A stretch of 64,000 nt of DNA from Dehalococcoidia bacterium. Its GTDB lineage: Bacteria; Chloroflexota; Dehalococcoidia; UBA2979. A program made the position numbers and the translations under genes. The notes below the pieces were generated by a model. The model saw only the letters and a program-made list of their open reading frames with translations, was not told where the DNA came from and ran no database searches. The DNA is taken from positions 32,001 to 96,000 of the forward strand of contig OZ244720.1 of NCBI GenBank assembly GCA_965219085.1, written 5' to 3'. Below, piece by piece: positions 61,166-64,000 of this stretch (the first letter of the stretch is position 1; every line of letters begins with the position of its first letter).

Positions 61166-61420
61166 GTGGCCAGCATCACCATCCGCAACCTCGACGAGGG
61201 GCTGAAGCAGCGGCTGCGCGTGCGCGCGGCTGAGCGCGGCCACTCGATGGAGCAAGAGGCGCGAGACATCCTGCGTGCAGCGCTGGCACGGCCACCACAG
61301 ACCGGCGAGGAGCTGTACCGCGCGATTCGCGCCCGCGTCGAGCCCATCGGCGGCATCGAACTGGACGAACTGGAGATACCGCCGCGCGGTCCGATGCGCG
61401 AACCGCCCCGATTCGACTGA
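61166..61420 (+). CDS. FitA-like ribbon-helix-helix antitoxin
   Basis: ASITIRNLDEGLKQRLRVRAAERGHSMEQEARDIL...EPPRFD. Confidence 0.9.
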   Translation: MASITIRNLDEGLKQRLRVRAAERGHSMEQEARDILRAALARPPQTGEELYRAIRARVEPIGGIELDELEIPPRGPMREPPRFD

Positions 61421-61431
61421 GCGCACGACTG

Positions 61432-61851
61432 ATGATCGTCCTCGACACGAATGTCGTGTCGGAATTGTTGCGTCCCGTCCCAACGCCGCACGTCGTCGAC
61501 TGGTACGTCGGCCAGGCAGCGCCCGACGCATTTGTCTCCGCCGTGACAGAGGCAGAACTTCGCTACGGCGTCGCGATCATGCCGGCTGGCCGAAGGCGCG
61601 ACAGCCTTGCGACCACCATCCAGGGACTGCTGGAGCGTGAGTTCGCCGGGCGCATCCTGTCCTTCAACAGCTCCGCCGCAAAGGCATACGCGACCATTGC
61701 AGCCGAGCGACGGTCGGCGGGCCGGCCGATCGAGCCCGCGGACTGCCAGATCGCCGCGATCGCTCGCTCCCTCGGCGCCTCGGTCGCAACGCGCGACACG
61801 CGCGGCTTCGAGGGCTGCGGCGTCGACGTCATCGACCCCTGGGCCGACTGA
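61432..61851 (+). CDS. vapC: VapC/FitB PIN-domain toxin
   Basis: IVLDTNVVSEL, EAEL, DCQIAAIA and ATRDTRGF..VIDPW. Confidence 0.93.
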   Translation: MIVLDTNVVSELLRPVPTPHVVDWYVGQAAPDAFVSAVTEAELRYGVAIMPAGRRRDSLATTIQGLLEREFAGRILSFNSSAAKAYATIAAERRSAGRPIEPADCQIAAIARSLGASVATRDTRGFEGCGVDVIDPWAD

Positions 61852-61852
61852 G

Positions 61853-62836
61853 CTACGGCGCGAGCGCCTCGGCGACGCGCTCGAAGTCCGGGAGACGCGG
61901 CAGCAGCAGCGGACGGTCCACGCCCGCCTCCATGTACTCCTCGACGCGCTTGCGGATGCGGCCTGCGTCGCCCACGAGCGTGCACGCCTCGGCGACCTCA
62001 TCGCTGACGAGCCGCACGCCCGCCTCGCGGTCGCCGGCGGCGTCAGCCGCGCGGAGCGCGTCGATGTCGCCGAGGTCAACGCCGCCGCGTTCCACCATCA
62101 GCTCACCGACGTGCGGCTCGGCCATGATGCCGGCGAGGCGACCGCGCAGCTGCGGCAGCATCGAGGCGGTGTCGTCGGTGAGCCGCACGACGAGCATGCA
62201 GGCTATGTCGACTGCGTCCGGATCCCGCCCTGCCTCCTCGGCGCCCGCGCGCACCTCGGCTACCGCGTAGCGCACGTACTCGGCCGGAACGTACGCGTTC
62301 AGCAGCACACCGTCGGCGACGGCGCCCGCGAGACGGAGCGCCCGCGGCCCGATCGCGGCGAGGTAGATCGGCGGCGGCCGCACCGGCGTCACGGCGAGCC
62401 GCGCATTGCGCAGCACGGAGCGGCCATCGGGCTCGTCGACGGTCTCGCCCGCGAGCAAGCGGCGGATGACGCCGACCGCGTCGGCGAGGGTTTCGCGCGG
62501 GCGGGCATAAGGGATGCCAAACGTGCCTTCGATGACGCCGGGGTCGCTGCGGCCAAGGCCGAGCAGCAGCCGCCCGCCCGCGAGCCGGTCGACGGTCGCC
62601 GCGGCCATCGCGACCAGCCCCGGGTGCCGCGTGTACGGGTTCACGACGCCGACACCGAGCTCGATGCGCTCCGTCGCGGCGGCGAGGAAGCCGAGCAGCG
62701 AGAACGTCTCCTCCTGGAAGTAGCGCTCCGTCACCCACAGCGAATCGAAGCCGCGCTCCTCGGCGAGCCGGGCGCGCCGCGCGAGCTCCGCGCCTCCCTC
62801 GATGCCGTGGTGCAGGACCATCCCGAGCCGCGCCAT
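61853..62836 (-). CDS. LLM class flavin/F420-dependent oxidoreductase
   Basis: AEERGFDSLWVTE, TERIELGVGVVNPYTRHP, GRLLLGLG and PIYLAAIGPRALRLAG. Confidence 0.9.
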   Translation of the reverse strand: MARLGMVLHHGIEGGAELARRARLAEERGFDSLWVTERYFQEETFSLLGFLAAATERIELGVGVVNPYTRHPGLVAMAAATVDRLAGGRLLLGLGRSDPGVIEGTFGIPYARPRETLADAVGVIRRLLAGETVDEPDGRSVLRNARLAVTPVRPPPIYLAAIGPRALRLAGAVADGVLLNAYVPAEYVRYAVAEVRAGAEEAGRDPDAVDIACMLVVRLTDDTASMLPQLRGRLAGIMAEPHVGELMVERGGVDLGDIDALRAADAAGDREAGVRLVSDEVAEACTLVGDAGRIRKRVEEYMEAGVDRPLLLPRLPDFERVAEALAP

Positions 62837-62910
62837 GCCGCCTCCCGCCGAGCGCCCGCAGCGTCCGGCAGGCCGGGCCGCGCGTCAACGCTGCGCGACG
62901 CTTCGAGGCG

Positions 62911-63513
62911 TCAGCGGCGGATGAGACTGCCGCCGACGTCGGGTGACGGACGGTCAAAGGGCTCGTAGTCCGCGCTTGGGCGGCCGAGCGCGACGAGCGC
63001 CTGCGGGCGCCACCCTTCGGGCAGGTCGAGCGCCTCGCGCACGGCGTCCTGCGCGTACAGCGGCGCCGCCATCCAGTACGCGCCGAGGCCGCGCGCGCTG
63101 GCCTCCAGCAGCAGGTTCTGTAGCGCCGCTCCGAACGAGTGCGCAGCCATCGTCCACTCCGCGCGGTCGCGCCGCTCGTCTGGGTACGAGGCGAGCCCGT
63201 CGCCGACGATGCAGCCGAGCAGCAGCGTCGGGGCGCCCTCGACGCGGCGGCGCGAACGTTCGAGCGCGCGCGCCTGCTGCGCCTCCGGAACGCCGTCGGC
63301 GGTCATGTCGGCGCGCCAGGCCTCGCCCATCGCCTCGGCGAGCGCCGCCCGCCGCGCGGGCGTCACCTCGGCGAAGCGCCACGGCCGCGTGTGGTGCGGC
63401 GCCGGCGCGAGCAGTGCGAGCTCGACCAGCGCCTCGACCTCCTCGGCGGACAGCGGCGGGCCGTCGAGGCCGCGGATCGAGCGGCGCGCCCGGATCGCGT
63501 CGGCGAGGCTCAC
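62911..63513 (-). CDS. Nitroreductase family protein similar to the FbiB C-terminal domain
   Basis: RRSIR, APAPHHTRPWRF, W.ADM..DG, GAALQNLLL...GLG..W and W.PQ. Confidence 0.85.
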   Translation of the reverse strand: MSLADAIRARRSIRGLDGPPLSAEEVEALVELALLAPAPHHTRPWRFAEVTPARRAALAEAMGEAWRADMTADGVPEAQQARALERSRRRVEGAPTLLLGCIVGDGLASYPDERRDRAEWTMAAHSFGAALQNLLLEASARGLGAYWMAAPLYAQDAVREALDLPEGWRPQALVALGRPSADYEPFDRPSPDVGGSLIRR

Positions 63514-63638
63514 CTGACCGCCTCGAGAGCGGGGACGTTGGATGTACGCATGGCGTGAATCTACACCGCCGAGGAGTCCTCGACCCGCGCGGCTGGTACG
63601 ATGCGCGCCGTCGCGATCACATGCATCGAGGAGCGCTC

Positions 63639-64000
63639 GTGCCCGTACCTGATCTGCAAGAGTGGCTCGGTAACTGGGAGAAGCCGGAGCACCGCAACCT
63701 GGGGCTGCGCGGCCACCACATCGAGTCCGGCTATGCCAGCTTCGTCGTCGAGCGCCCCGAGGGCGCCGACGACCTGCTGCTGCGCAGCGCGATCGTCACC
63801 GCTGCCGACATCGCGGCGATCTCGGCCGTGCGTGCGCGCCTCGACGACACGCAGATGGCGAATGGCACCGCCGAGCTGCACTTCTCGTTCATCGGCCCGC
63901 CGCCCGAGGTGAGCACCGTGGATGCGCGCGTCATCCACTGGTCGGACTACACGGCTCACCTCCAGATGGAGGCTCGCACGCCGGACGGCGAGCTGGCGGC
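63639..64000 (+). CDS. Probable PaaI-like hotdog-fold protein (partial, runs off the window edge)
   Basis: Manual translation after a GAGGAG RBS: ...AIVTAADIAAISAV...GTAELHFSFIGP...VDARVIH. Confidence 0.55.
   Translation, partial: MPVPDLQEWLGNWEKPEHRNLGLRGHHIESGYASFVVERPEGADDLLLRSAIVTAADIAAISAVRARLDDTQMANGTAELHFSFIGPPPEVSTVDARVIHWSDYTAHLQMEARTPDGELA

Overview
Very GC-rich bacterial chromosomal window. Gene content suggests Chloroflexota, probably Dehalococcoidia-like (RpoD with a large insertion, alaS-baseplateJ-like-ruvX-mltG synteny, PurN-like and DRTGG proteins); this is an inference, not a database result. Most of the window is housekeeping: pheS (partial), moeA, aroKB/aroC/aroE/aroQ, mltG, ruvX, alaS, glmU, dprA-topA-xerC, pepP-efp-xseAB, rluB-cmk-plsC, glmS, lactate permease, ppdK, dgt, dnaG-rpoD, mazG, pcrA, tRNA-Phe, msrA, an LLM oxidoreductase and a nitroreductase. 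Small accessory cassettes sit between these genes: HicAB, a TIGR02391/Ymh HEPN-like gene, an orphan HicB with a small partner, AbrB-VapC (frameshifted), FitAB-like, and a Rad50/RloC-like ATPase with a stand-alone HEPN-like gene. I found no integrase or transposase for these cassettes, yet two of them (possibly three) lie between imperfect direct repeats of host sequence. The best novelty candidates are the repeat-flanked ATPase + HEPN pair (putative anti-phage system), a circularly permuted DsbA, a multiply pseudoknotted intergenic RNA candidate, an EF-P with a non-canonical tip loop, and a membrane-anchored baseplate-J-like protein in the alaS-mltG operon. All assignments come from motifs read by eye; no searches were run.
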